The position numbers and the translations under genes are program-made. The notes beneath the pieces were generated by a model. The model had not been told where the DNA came from and made no database searches. It worked only from the letters and a program-made list of their open reading frames with translations. From a virus, in the IMG/VR virus record IMGVR_UViG_3300007760_001418, positions 1 through 64,000 of that record: a stretch of DNA of 64,000 bases; one strand, given 5' to 3'. Below are positions 55,201 to 63,423 of this stretch, piece after piece; position 1 is the stretch's first letter, and every line of letters begins with the position of its first letter.

Positions 55201-55689
55201 GCACATGGCACCGCTACTGACGAAGGTTGTGGTTGCGGCAACGGGCCGGTAAATGCTGAAACAGGCTGTTGCGATAAAGGACCGAATAAGGGCAAAGGCC
55301 CGAACGGTGAGAAGGCAGACTGTACAGGCAAATGTGGCGGCACCACAGAGCCGGATTGCAATGATGATTGTGGTGGATCAGCCTTTATCGACGATTGTGA
55401 CGAATGTGTTGGCGGGAAAACGGGCAAATTAGCAAATTGGAAACATGGTGACTGTGGTACATGTGACGGTGCCAACGTCGATCAAGATGGCTGCTGCCCG
55501 AATGGCAAGACACCGGAAGGCGACCCATGTCCAGATCCAGACCTAGTCACTAGTGACCCATGTGATAACGTCGTTTGTATGCATCCAAAATATTGTGTTG
55601 ACGGTCAATGTGTACAAGATGGCGGTGATGATGGCCATGGCCTCCCCGGGGATACCGATGGGTGGAGTGGCGTTGAAAGCTTGCCCTAG
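49201..55689 (+). CDS. giant multidomain adhesin-like protein with Cys-rich repeats
   Basis: 2162 aa; three GCTxxxACNYxxxAxxDDGxC repeats, DCxGxCGG repeats, Ig/cadherin-like YVPNEEFSGNDSF..VTPVNDPP, DSNGDGIPD. Confidence 0.8.
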   Translation: MASYRWYDGQRIYDTLDDLKEIKTQEAPPFKGTIAIVTSPGYNCPVSSNWELFDRGFQSKRIEEAQGGGASVEANLCDQIKAWDYEKILQEIFRQEETSSLGFGGYEESDPGAGGKTRSMAMENWAAQPSEKQIRAVYSKHLEYMDGDRTWSPTLFDIKYIIAPMMMRSLGKEDEDLDLSDLYKKLIESLLKSTYSEVGERYDCLNAALDSGRFTAMQSFRDGFITKSVEVQAGGWVDYAMYTQGAQQTSENGYYGNAESQAFQAEATYGQVASQTSEDDWKNQAQQAQQDSAPQTKIEEQQLGPIISCLSAGGEVLLPWVMDTEGKGQPIGWVVNPEIPGAMGIDRPLGEGTVHPMGRETTYIFTSRINVDPMLFPIPDELNRYLKTEEKVQGPVAISYAYIQGQWALYSDRDPKSKGLVLDKPEENQQDDLTLEYSVDGNDWIEVINHPADDNEQPAVRMRRGENPWRVHGVVIDSDEEFYIRFVQKSFNRGSHRVSDEWSIDDVIVCGLGGDGESAEVKQGEPRSGEGTKEDCLEYCGPGTGIGVYVWIPTMRLEDAWIELQGGSCHDVSFSEEQEDAIGIGRFVVRPNDRQGGTTNNPESNGGPGDTGRWVSVIPSALWKRLLGPERLETHVMSHQDCLAVCDGPPISNSAGGEYYGEKAFDTFDGFDTLLLKPTPLRHDGYGIYGGVWLPKLGNEGDEVEIHVTAAINAWGAGVYEFETDTTPAVVIMVLDSYDSNGDGIPDGDGWNGTVLRLKNVETNELVDGEITLLDGATGEIMFTSLQPETKYRLWCQEEGNWSYEIGMEIKDQDSGSVLLNIPFGSITEADLAPGHDVNNSGGNGGGNDGPPEITGEGLTLRVYCGTGIEAYSNTEVMIQNSELLGEVEADMTGIVIPAGQTKELGLNLKLKAIPWDYPEGMPPEAIEQCDSLWKQIEDAKAQCQATEALLAELYVTYHENDCNGEGDPELCAQIQGQITEAQAELEGLNEHISQLTYGYSNSCQQDGGWTARESTITGSRALRGIIPVSPYPTRLGPANDKWHCFRNSQHLSNWFSSAHVTNPGGDGWACDKSIFVTWQWGTSGDNMGWQPNPDAGYNIALTQFNMNVQVPVCSEQLLDSGKECNPMGCTDQDACNYNENATIDDGSCMFEDCFGECGGDAVDLGCGCGEPAPTYVCDNSSELVCEECDCPPPTAFNHSAGMNEDESYTATITGSGHNAGWTVSSYPTSGSVTLDSDTGEFTYVPNEEFSGNDSFVAKITDSCGRTAYADVNIIVTPVNDPPIAIIGHDMEDGDGGGGSNNITITNIEAVNLELNASASYDVDNSPGDLTYRWTSAIAPGSSCTSDDTCQEGYYCDMGTCQPIVLSEGITFKPWSSVDASQIGPGSYTYFLVASDPQTDSAADSITIIVLPNLGCTETSACNYNENANVDDGTCEFAGECYDCFGNCICEEDCFGECGGAAVEDDCGECNGDNSTCSGCTDDTACNYDPSATIDDGSCQYADWECWDGSFVCEETLCPPAVFCLGAEWDAEQGQEGALGLTFKWPEEPEIVGFQIGLDAGAGFNLRNVFGGAAGEAGFNISHSGGGTIVAFSNAGSSIRGSDCNGTPLIYLDFIGELGPNFVNNVYVQFLVSDPLFIVNYQDNTNGGVVQLDLGCCENDRATNDPRKSGCDNVKGSGTTYDDCGICRDLKDPDWNSTCLDCNDVPGGTAEIDDCGDCWENGRENANWNSKDEGCGCGNGAKIASGKNKGCCPDEAVNNVGCGCDESGNAISKKQNGCCPGVAKGDCDCDESGQRVDVDADNCCPDGKGPDGEEKDCADECGGPKKSDECNDCEDPASNDWVSVSTNFSLGAPCDCDPVVNWDECENCPSDDNYQAPKAYPAINPTDGPCCPGDPGYGNLKPQKQENIGKPCNCAGDVWDCRGICGGGAIDEGCGCGNGPVNAETGCCDKGPRKNKGPNGEAPDCAGKCGGSATEDDCSNCSDISEGDDGWNDCWDCEGTAHGTATDEGCGCGNGPVNAETGCCDKGPNKGKGPNGEKADCTGKCGGTTEPDCNDDCGGSAFIDDCDECVGGKTGKLANWKHGDCGTCDGANVDQDGCCPNGKTPEGDPCPDPDLVTSDPCDNVVCMHPKYCVDGQCVQDGGDDGHGLPGDTDGWSGVESLP
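54991..55340 (+). repeat. internal duplication in giant protein
   Basis: DEGCGCGNGPVNAETGCCDKGP.....GPNGE..DC.GKCGG occurs twice with synonymous DNA differences. Confidence 0.8.
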
Positions 55690-55908
55690 ACTTCGGCTAA
55701 TTAGTATACTGGTTCAACACTGTATTAGAAATAAAGAAAAATAAGAATAAAGAATAACTGATTACTGATTAGCTGTATTCTGTATCTGATATATAGATCT
55801 ACTATGGCTCATGAGAATGTATAATCAACTATACAAACTTTTTTTCCTGGGTACCTTATCATAGAATGAATAAGTTGTGCCAAAGGGTACTACCCAGGAG
55901 AAATAATT

Positions 55909-57837
55909 GTGCTGAAGAGTCCATTCGACCCACCCGTATCTAATAATATCAGCATCCCAGATGATGCCGAAGTAGTTTTTGTTTCAGATTTCTTTGTTGA
56001 GGATCTAGTCGGAGGTGCTGAACTAACCTCAGAAGCTTTGATTGAAGCTAGTCCTTTTAAGGTTTTCAAATTACATAGTAAAGATGTATCCCTTCAGGTC
56101 CTGGAACAGGGCATTGGTCTCCATTGGGTATTCGGAAACTATTCTGGAGTTAATCCTGAGATGATCCCTTCTATTGTAGGCAACATGGAATATTCAGTGC
56201 TGGAGTACGATTACAAGTATTGTAAATACCGGTCACCAGAGAAACACAAGAGCATTGAGATGAAAGAATGCGACTGCCATGAAGGTATCCAAGGCAAAAT
56301 GATATCGGCCTTCATGTATGGTGCAAAGAGCCTCTGGTGGATGTCAGAAAGACAACAGCAAAACTATTTTGATAAGTTTCCTTTTCTTTCAGAACGTCCT
56401 AACGTAGTACTCAGCTCAGTCTTTAATGATGACTTTTTTGCTATGCTCAAAGTTATGAAGGAACAAAATCAAGACGTTGAGCGCAGCGGCTGGCTAGTCT
56501 TAGGTAGCACATCCTGGATAAAGGGAACAGACGCAGCAGTACGGTACTGTGAGGATAACAATCTAGATCATAAGGTATTATTGCAGCTGCCATATGCGGA
56601 GGTGCTTGATGAAATGTCAAGGGCAGAAGGATTTGTATATCTTCCTCAGGGCGGAGACACCTGTCCCCGTATGGTTATTGAAGCTAAACTGTTAGGTTGT
56701 AAGCTACATATCAATGATAATGTTGAACATGCAAATGAGTTGTGGTTTGATACTGATGATACCTTTGACACCATGGCATATCTTTATGCTGCAAGGAAAA
56801 GATTCTGGGATGGTATCACTCATGCAATGGAGTTTGTCCCAACTCTAAGCGGCTATACAACAACATTAGATTGTAATAAGAACGGGTACCCATGGAAGGC
56901 TTCTATTAAATCTATGCTTGGATTCTGTAATGAGGTTGTTGTCGTCGACGGCGGCTCTACAGACGGTACATGGAAAGAATTGCAGGCATGGGCCCACGAA
57001 GAAGACAGACTAAACGTATATCAAGTTGAAAGGGATTGGGGCCATCCGAGGTTTGCTGTTTTTGATGGTCAACAAAAAGCAGAGGCAAGATCCAGATGCA
57101 CTGGTGAGTTCTGTTGGCAACAGGATGCAGATGAAGTAGTCCATGAGAATGACTATGAAAAAATCCCTCGCCTTCTTAAGACGTTTCCAGTTGATGCAGA
57201 TGTCGTCTCTTTACCTGTCGTTGAATACTGGGGCAGTGCTAAGAAAGCACGGGTTGATGTAAATCCATGGAAGTGGCGAATATCAAGAAATGCCCCGCAT
57301 ATTACCCATGGTATTCCAGCACCATTTCGTATGACTGATGACGATGGTAACCTATATGCTTCTCCAGGTACAGACGGTTGTGATTACATCCATAATGAGA
57401 CATACCAAGTGCTTCCTCATGCTAGCTTTTATACATCAGACGTACATAATGTTAGGCTACATGCCGCGGCCGGCTCTCCTGGTGCACTAGAGCATTATAC
57501 TGAGTGGTATAAGCGGGTTGTTGAAATGCTTCCTGGTGTATATCATTATTCCTGGTTTGATCTAGAGAGAAAGATTAAGACATATAGGGATTACTGGTCA
57601 CAGCATTGGCAGAGTTTATACAACATTGAACAAGAAGATACGGCTGAGAATAATATGTTCTTTGAACGTCCCTGGTCAGAGGTTACTGACAATGATATTA
57701 CTGAACTAGCAACAAAATTAGAAGATAAAATGGGGGGCTGGGTATTTCATGTTCCGATTAATTTTGACAATCCGACTCCACACATTACATTAGAAACGTC
57801 ACAACCGGCGGTTATGGTGGAAGATGACTCAGAATGA
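55909..57837 (+). CDS. two-domain glycosyltransferase (GT-B-like + GT2)
   Basis: WIKG, DTCPRMVIEAKLLGC; VVVVDGGSTDGT, WQQDADE. Confidence 0.82.
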   Translation: MLKSPFDPPVSNNISIPDDAEVVFVSDFFVEDLVGGAELTSEALIEASPFKVFKLHSKDVSLQVLEQGIGLHWVFGNYSGVNPEMIPSIVGNMEYSVLEYDYKYCKYRSPEKHKSIEMKECDCHEGIQGKMISAFMYGAKSLWWMSERQQQNYFDKFPFLSERPNVVLSSVFNDDFFAMLKVMKEQNQDVERSGWLVLGSTSWIKGTDAAVRYCEDNNLDHKVLLQLPYAEVLDEMSRAEGFVYLPQGGDTCPRMVIEAKLLGCKLHINDNVEHANELWFDTDDTFDTMAYLYAARKRFWDGITHAMEFVPTLSGYTTTLDCNKNGYPWKASIKSMLGFCNEVVVVDGGSTDGTWKELQAWAHEEDRLNVYQVERDWGHPRFAVFDGQQKAEARSRCTGEFCWQQDADEVVHENDYEKIPRLLKTFPVDADVVSLPVVEYWGSAKKARVDVNPWKWRISRNAPHITHGIPAPFRMTDDDGNLYASPGTDGCDYIHNETYQVLPHASFYTSDVHNVRLHAAAGSPGALEHYTEWYKRVVEMLPGVYHYSWFDLERKIKTYRDYWSQHWQSLYNIEQEDTAENNMFFERPWSEVTDNDITELATKLEDKMGGWVFHVPINFDNPTPHITLETSQPAVMVEDDSE

Positions 57838-58573
57838 GAATGAAGTAAATCCTAATGATATAGTAATAGGTGTTGTAGTACCCTGTTACAATCATGGAGA
57901 GTATCTAAAAGAAAGTGTTGAGTCGATTTTTAATCAGACCCACCAGAATATTCGCGTTATTATTGTTAATGATGGCTCAACCGATAATACGGCAGAAGTT
58001 GCCCGAGAGCTTGTAGCCTCTGATGATAGGGCAGGTTATATAGAACTAGCCGAAAATCGTGGGAAGTGGTGTGCTATGAATCAGGCAATCGCGCGCATGG
58101 ACTGTGTGTTTGTAACGACACAGGATGCGGATGATGTTTCTACACCAGATCGCCTCGAGCGCCAACTACAATGCCTGCTGCAGACAAATACATCACATAA
58201 TCTATGTGGATTTTATAATTGTGAAAATGAAGATGACATCAATGTCCATCGCCTCAAGCGTAAAGAGGGTGAACTTCCGATTATGCCACTTGATGAAGTG
58301 CTTAAGCATGTATTAACAGGGATGCATTCACCAGGCATTAATCATTATTACACAGGCGAATTCGAAACTGCCGGTGCCAGCGCAATGTTTCATAAAAATA
58401 TATGGAACTTTGGTACCAGGTTCAACCCACCAGGTATTGGCCTAAGGGTACTGAATAGCGAAGACTCTGACTTCAATTTTCGTGTGACCTTTAACACAAC
58501 AAGAACATCAGTCCTTCTAGAGAAGCTTTACTGCTATAGAAGAAATACTTCCACGAATAACGAGGAGATATAA
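57824..58573 (+). CDS. glycosyltransferase family 2
   Basis: VVVPCYN, IIVNDGSTD, QDADD, SEDSDF. Confidence 0.9.
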   Translation: MTQNENEVNPNDIVIGVVVPCYNHGEYLKESVESIFNQTHQNIRVIIVNDGSTDNTAEVARELVASDDRAGYIELAENRGKWCAMNQAIARMDCVFVTTQDADDVSTPDRLERQLQCLLQTNTSHNLCGFYNCENEDDINVHRLKRKEGELPIMPLDEVLKHVLTGMHSPGINHYYTGEFETAGASAMFHKNIWNFGTRFNPPGIGLRVLNSEDSDFNFRVTFNTTRTSVLLEKLYCYRRNTSTNNEEI

Positions 58574-58574
58574 T

Positions 58575-59372
58575 ATGAGACTAAAGACAGGGGAGCCGAA
58601 GCTATTAGTAAAGTTTCCAACTCGAGGCAGGCCTCAAAAGTTCTTTTACGTATTGACATTGTATTATCAGTACCTCAAGGGTAAGCACTTTGAGTTTGTA
58701 ATATCATGTGACGAAGATGATGAGACGATGAATAATGAAACCGTCCGCAATCATTTCAAGCAATTTCCTAATCTTACAGCTTATTATTCTAAGAATGCTA
58801 ATAAGGTAGAAGCGATCAACGCCAATATGGAAGGTAAGGATTTTGATATCCTACTACTGGCCAGTGATGATATGATTCCTGAAATTCCTGGATATGATGC
58901 TATTATTAAAAATACAATGATGACAACATATCCGGATTATGATGGAGTATTGTGGTTTTTTGATGGATTTCGAAAAGATCTAAACACACTTTGTATCCTT
59001 GGTAAAAAGTACTATGATAGATTCGGGTACATTTACAATCCCCAGTATAAGACATGGTTCTGTGATAATGAGTTTACCATAGTTGCAGATATGCTAAAGA
59101 AGCAGACCCCAGTGAATCAAGTGATTATACGTCACTGTCATCCAGATATTGTTGGTTATGGCCACGACGGTACATACCAAAGAAATAATGATGATGATGA
59201 AAAGCAGGCCGATCAGCAGATACTATTAGCTAGAAAAGAAATCGATTTTGATGTACCACAATTGCTATTAGCAGACAGGGAACGTCAACAGGCCCAGCCC
59301 AAGCCGGTACCTCCGAAGAATAAGTCTAAAAAGTCGACTCGAAAAAATAGAAAGAAGAGAAAGAAGAGATAG
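58575..59372 (+). CDS. GT-A fold glycosyltransferase
   Basis: KFPTRGRP, ASDDM, WFCDNE; basic tail. Confidence 0.75.
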   Translation: MRLKTGEPKLLVKFPTRGRPQKFFYVLTLYYQYLKGKHFEFVISCDEDDETMNNETVRNHFKQFPNLTAYYSKNANKVEAINANMEGKDFDILLLASDDMIPEIPGYDAIIKNTMMTTYPDYDGVLWFFDGFRKDLNTLCILGKKYYDRFGYIYNPQYKTWFCDNEFTIVADMLKKQTPVNQVIIRHCHPDIVGYGHDGTYQRNNDDDEKQADQQILLARKEIDFDVPQLLLADRERQQAQPKPVPPKNKSKKSTRKNRKKRKKR

Positions 59373-59378
59373 AAATAC

Positions 59379-60212
59379 ATGATTCTAAACGTCGACTATC
59401 CTATCGGTGCTAGCTGTAAGGTTCCAACAGAGGATACAATTTGTGGAAATTTAATTGAAGAAAACTCAATTCCCGAGGATTATACCCTTGTAAATTGTAA
59501 TTGGACAAAATGTATTAATGGGTGGGGGCTACAAAGAACGCAGCAAAAACTAAATGATACGAAGGTACAACTAGTTGCCGCCGGTCGTGATGTCCAAAAG
59601 TCAATCTTTATATGCCAACACATATCAGCTGATAAATTGGTATGGCCATCAGGATTAGTTTTTTCACCACATGCCACAAAAGGAAATCATCATATTGCTA
59701 TTCCTCATATTGCATGTAGCTATCCAACATTTAGAAGTGAGAGAAAGCTCACGGCCAGCTTTATGGGAAGCTTTGAAACACATTGGACTCGGCCTTTATT
59801 GGAAAACCATAAATCTTCGAATGTGACTATAATCAATAGTGGCGTATGGTACCATTATAATCCGGACGAATTTCGAAAGAGCACGTACGAAAACTTGCTG
59901 GCCATTAGTAAGTTTACATTTTGTCCACGTGGAACAGGTCCAAGCACAATAAGAATATGGGAAGCACTTGCAGCCGGCAGTATACCAGTAATATTCTCAG
60001 ATTCTTTAGCTTTACCCAATATTGATTATGACTGGAATGATGTGGTAATTTTTATTCCTGAGCAAAATATAATGAACGCAATGAACATATTGAGCAGATA
60101 TTCAGACAATGATATTGTTACGATGTCTAATGCTGGGATGAAAGTATTTCAGGAATATTGTAGCCAAGAGAATATTCACAAGTTTATTATTAATGAGATT
60201 CAAGCATGTTAA
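59379..60212 (+). CDS. exostosin-like (GT47) glycosyltransferase
   Basis: SFMGS, SKFTFCPRGTGPSTIRIWEALAAGSIPVIFSD. Confidence 0.85.
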   Translation: MILNVDYPIGASCKVPTEDTICGNLIEENSIPEDYTLVNCNWTKCINGWGLQRTQQKLNDTKVQLVAAGRDVQKSIFICQHISADKLVWPSGLVFSPHATKGNHHIAIPHIACSYPTFRSERKLTASFMGSFETHWTRPLLENHKSSNVTIINSGVWYHYNPDEFRKSTYENLLAISKFTFCPRGTGPSTIRIWEALAAGSIPVIFSDSLALPNIDYDWNDVVIFIPEQNIMNAMNILSRYSDNDIVTMSNAGMKVFQEYCSQENIHKFIINEIQAC

Positions 60213-60970
60213 TTGTCACAATCTTTAATTACCCAGACAACGAAAATTATAATACTATGTGTAAGTGCTGGATACAACAGACCGCTCTTCATTGTGGTGG
60301 TTCAAGAATACTCATTTTAACAGAACAAGATTCTTTACCACCAGATGTTAGTGAGTTTGCTAGTAGATATCCATCAGTAACAATAGAGAAGAAAGAACGT
60401 TCAGGCCACATTGACCTATCTACTGCAGGTCAAAAAGCCAATCATAACGTTTTATTTAAGCTTTACAATCTATGCAGTATAACAGAGCCATTTATCTTTG
60501 TCGACGCTGATGCATTTTTTCTGTCTAGTTACGAGAACTTACTAACGGCTTCATATGATAAGCCATTTATAGCTGTAAATCATCAAAAGATTCCGGATCA
60601 TACTTCTCATTTACCATATGATTTTTTCAACTCCGGAATGATGATAGTTTCAGATCCAGCCATTTTGGACTGGCATGCATTAGTAATGAGGCTAATGCAA
60701 GATTCAAGATTTGTATATCCTGGGACTGATCAATCTATGTTAAATTCGTACTTTAAGAATATGAACTATGACTATACACACCCGTTAGTCGGTCATGGAT
60801 GGAATAGTTGTGCAAAATATACCGTCTATAATCCTGATCAAACTGCACGCTGTATTGGTCTTGGTGAGGAGTATGATGTACACCTCAATCATTTTTGGTG
60901 GGAGTTTAAGCCATGGAAGCTTGGCTGCCCAATATTCAATAAGGTAAAAAACAACAATGAAGAAAGATAA
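60206..60970 (+). CDS. GT8-like glycosyltransferase
   Basis: FVDAD, FNSGMMI, DQSMLN, HFWWEFKPW. Confidence 0.82.
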   Translation: MLIVTIFNYPDNENYNTMCKCWIQQTALHCGGSRILILTEQDSLPPDVSEFASRYPSVTIEKKERSGHIDLSTAGQKANHNVLFKLYNLCSITEPFIFVDADAFFLSSYENLLTASYDKPFIAVNHQKIPDHTSHLPYDFFNSGMMIVSDPAILDWHALVMRLMQDSRFVYPGTDQSMLNSYFKNMNYDYTHPLVGHGWNSCAKYTVYNPDQTARCIGLGEEYDVHLNHFWWEFKPWKLGCPIFNKVKNNNEER

Positions 60971-61025
60971 TGAAAAAAGTACCAAAATTCGTAGATCATT
61001 AAGGAAATAACTAAGGGAACTAATA

Positions 61026-61787
61026 GTGAATGAGCTTATAAAAGATGAGATAACTGTTATTTTAACTGTCTGGAAGCGTCCACATCTTCAGAAACAACTA
61101 AATCATGTTTTAAGTCAAACAAAAAAGCCGAGTCAAGTTTGGATATATCAAAATGAGTCGCACTTCAATATTGACATTCCTGAAGAGGCAAAGGAGAAAC
61201 ATAATATTTCAGTTATTCAATCAAAGGATATAAATTTTAAGTTTCACGGGAGATTTGTTTTGCCTCTCTTATGTGATACAGAATATATCGCGATTTTTGA
61301 TGATGATACAATACCTGGTCCACTGTGGTTAGAAAACTGCCTTGACACTTCGAAGAGAAATAACTGTATTGTCGGCGCCAACGGCAGAACCATACGAAGT
61401 ATTACTAATACATCAAATTCTGCATGCATCGGCACCGGTGATGGTGCCCCTGTGGAGAAAGAGACGGAGGTAGATTTTGTTGGGCATTGTTGGTTTTTTA
61501 AGACTGAGTGGTGTAAAAACTTATGGAAAGACCGGCCGGCGAGTTGGGATAATGGAGAAGATATTCACCTTGCTGCAGCTTGTCAAATCTATGAGGGAAT
61601 AAAGTGCTTTGTACCGAGGATGCCACGAGGCAATATACAGCTATGGGGAGACACCGAGGTCCATCTTGGGTCGGATAATGTTGCAACATGGAAGACTAGC
61701 AATCATAGTGATTTGAGAGATAACGTTATAAAATATTGGATCGATAGAGGGTGGAATCCCTTGGCAGCAAGAGGAACCGATGATTAG
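61026..61787 (+). CDS. GT-A fold glycosyltransferase
   Basis: TVWKRP, IAIFDDD, VDFVGH, GEDIHL. Confidence 0.78.
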   Translation: MNELIKDEITVILTVWKRPHLQKQLNHVLSQTKKPSQVWIYQNESHFNIDIPEEAKEKHNISVIQSKDINFKFHGRFVLPLLCDTEYIAIFDDDTIPGPLWLENCLDTSKRNNCIVGANGRTIRSITNTSNSACIGTGDGAPVEKETEVDFVGHCWFFKTEWCKNLWKDRPASWDNGEDIHLAAACQIYEGIKCFVPRMPRGNIQLWGDTEVHLGSDNVATWKTSNHSDLRDNVIKYWIDRGWNPLAARGTDD

Positions 61788-62463
61788 TAATACACGCATT
61801 CTCGGCCACAGGGGAGATTTAGAAAACTACAGCTCAAACACAAAAGAAAGTGTGCTATCGGCATTTGCTCTGAGCGATGGTGTTGAGATAGACATTAATA
61901 TTTCAAAAGATAATATTTTCTTCTTTTATCATGAAGAAGACTGGCCTACTGGTGGCAAAATTCTAGCAAGGAATATGGATATTTCTGAAATTAGAGATAT
62001 CTGCCCCAACGGCGAAACGGTACTCACCCTTCAAGAGGCCCTATCTTTAGCACATGAACACCAAAAAATATTGTGTATTCATATGGAACTCGGCGGCGGC
62101 GGCCGCCGGTGGACCAGCCCGCTCACTGGAGATGAGATTAAACAGCTGCTTAAAATAATTGACGAAAGCAGGATCTCTAAAGAACTAATCATGCTTCATA
62201 CCACATCCCCTCGACTTGCAAGATCATATTATAATGAAGGATATACAGTCTTTTTACGGGGTTCTTGTATTGAGAGAAGGGGTATGTATCGATTTAATGA
62301 GTACAGAAATATAGTAAAAAATAAAGTTGATCTTAGCAAAAGCATGGCCTACACATTAAATAGTCGGCATGAAATTGGTGCTACTATAAGCAAGGGATTT
62401 GGGTATATACTGACAGATAACTTATCACTAACAAAACCTGGTCTATGGGGAACTAATAAATGA
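61780..62463 (+). CDS. glycerophosphodiester phosphodiesterase-like protein
   Basis: LGHRG, NT..S, DGVEIDI, YHE, LTLQE, ILTD. Confidence 0.78.
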   Translation: MISNTRILGHRGDLENYSSNTKESVLSAFALSDGVEIDINISKDNIFFFYHEEDWPTGGKILARNMDISEIRDICPNGETVLTLQEALSLAHEHQKILCIHMELGGGGRRWTSPLTGDEIKQLLKIIDESRISKELIMLHTTSPRLARSYYNEGYTVFLRGSCIERRGMYRFNEYRNIVKNKVDLSKSMAYTLNSRHEIGATISKGFGYILTDNLSLTKPGLWGTNK

Positions 62464-63422
62464 AAACCACAGATGATAGAACATATTACTCTAGGACTGG
62501 CAACAAAAAAAAGAAATTTGTTAGGGATTTTGTTTCGAAATATCCTGAAGCTAAAAAAATATTTGATGTTGGCTGTAACAATGGAGACATGTCTTATCCA
62601 CTTCAGAAAGAATTGAATAAAGACGTCTATGGTATAGATTTATCCAAAGAACTCAAAACCCCACATGATTATCAGATGGATATAGTTGATATCATGAAGT
62701 GGGACTTACTATACCCGAATGACATTACTCTTTTCTTTAGTCTTTATCACCACCTTTTAGCAAAACATGGTATCGACGAGGTTGATGATCTATTTTATAA
62801 ACTTCTTCTTCATACAAAACATTTGTTATTTGATGTAGGAAATTTAAGTGAAAAGCTTAGGCAGTCTCAGTACTGGTACCCTATACAGAAAAAATACTTC
62901 AAAAATGAAAAAGATCTATTTGATCATTTTGGAATTGATTATAATGTATTGGGTAAGTGGGACACCGGGGGAGGCACAAGGACTGTAGTTTCTTTTTCAT
63001 CCTCTAGTTTTGACGGCGCTATAGAGGTAGTAGAAGAATACAGGAGACTAATTGGCAGTTCCAATTCGGCGAAGGGACTTTTAGAGAAGAACTCTAAAGA
63101 TCCAGAAATTTATACCGGTGCCGAGTATAAGAAACTAAAGCTAGGTAACAAACTGTTTTTTTCTAAAAAACATAAAGATGAAGACCGCCAGAAAAGAGAA
63201 CTGAAGAATATAGAGAAAATTTATAATTCATCTGACAGTAGTCTCAAAAATAAGCTTATCCGATATTACGGCCACTCAACAACCTACGGATTCATTTATG
63301 AATGGATTGATGATTTTATTTATAGTGGAAAAACTAGCATTAAGGTACCTGGCCTGACCTTGACGGATGTCGACATTATTAAGGTTGGCAAAAATAAAAA
63401 ATATATAGACTTTGAACGATAA
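62460..63422 (+). CDS. class I SAM-dependent methyltransferase with extra C-terminal domain
   Basis: IFDVGCNNG, YGID, SLYHH. Confidence 0.75.
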   Translation: MKTTDDRTYYSRTGNKKKKFVRDFVSKYPEAKKIFDVGCNNGDMSYPLQKELNKDVYGIDLSKELKTPHDYQMDIVDIMKWDLLYPNDITLFFSLYHHLLAKHGIDEVDDLFYKLLLHTKHLLFDVGNLSEKLRQSQYWYPIQKKYFKNEKDLFDHFGIDYNVLGKWDTGGGTRTVVSFSSSSFDGAIEVVEEYRRLIGSSNSAKGLLEKNSKDPEIYTGAEYKKLKLGNKLFFSKKHKDEDRQKRELKNIEKIYNSSDSSLKNKLIRYYGHSTTYGFIYEWIDDFIYSGKTSIKVPGLTLTDVDIIKVGKNKKYIDFER

Positions 63423-63423
63423 A

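Noticed and set aside
54991-55340. Possible DGR template/variable repeat pair
   Set aside because: Differences are mostly synonymous and not adenine-specific, both copies are in-frame in one gene, and no reverse transcriptase is seen.
59300-59372. NLS-like basic tail and eukaryote-like enzymes suggesting a giant eukaryotic virus
   Set aside because: SD sites, sigma70 promoters, tmRNA and coupled operons indicate a bacteriophage.
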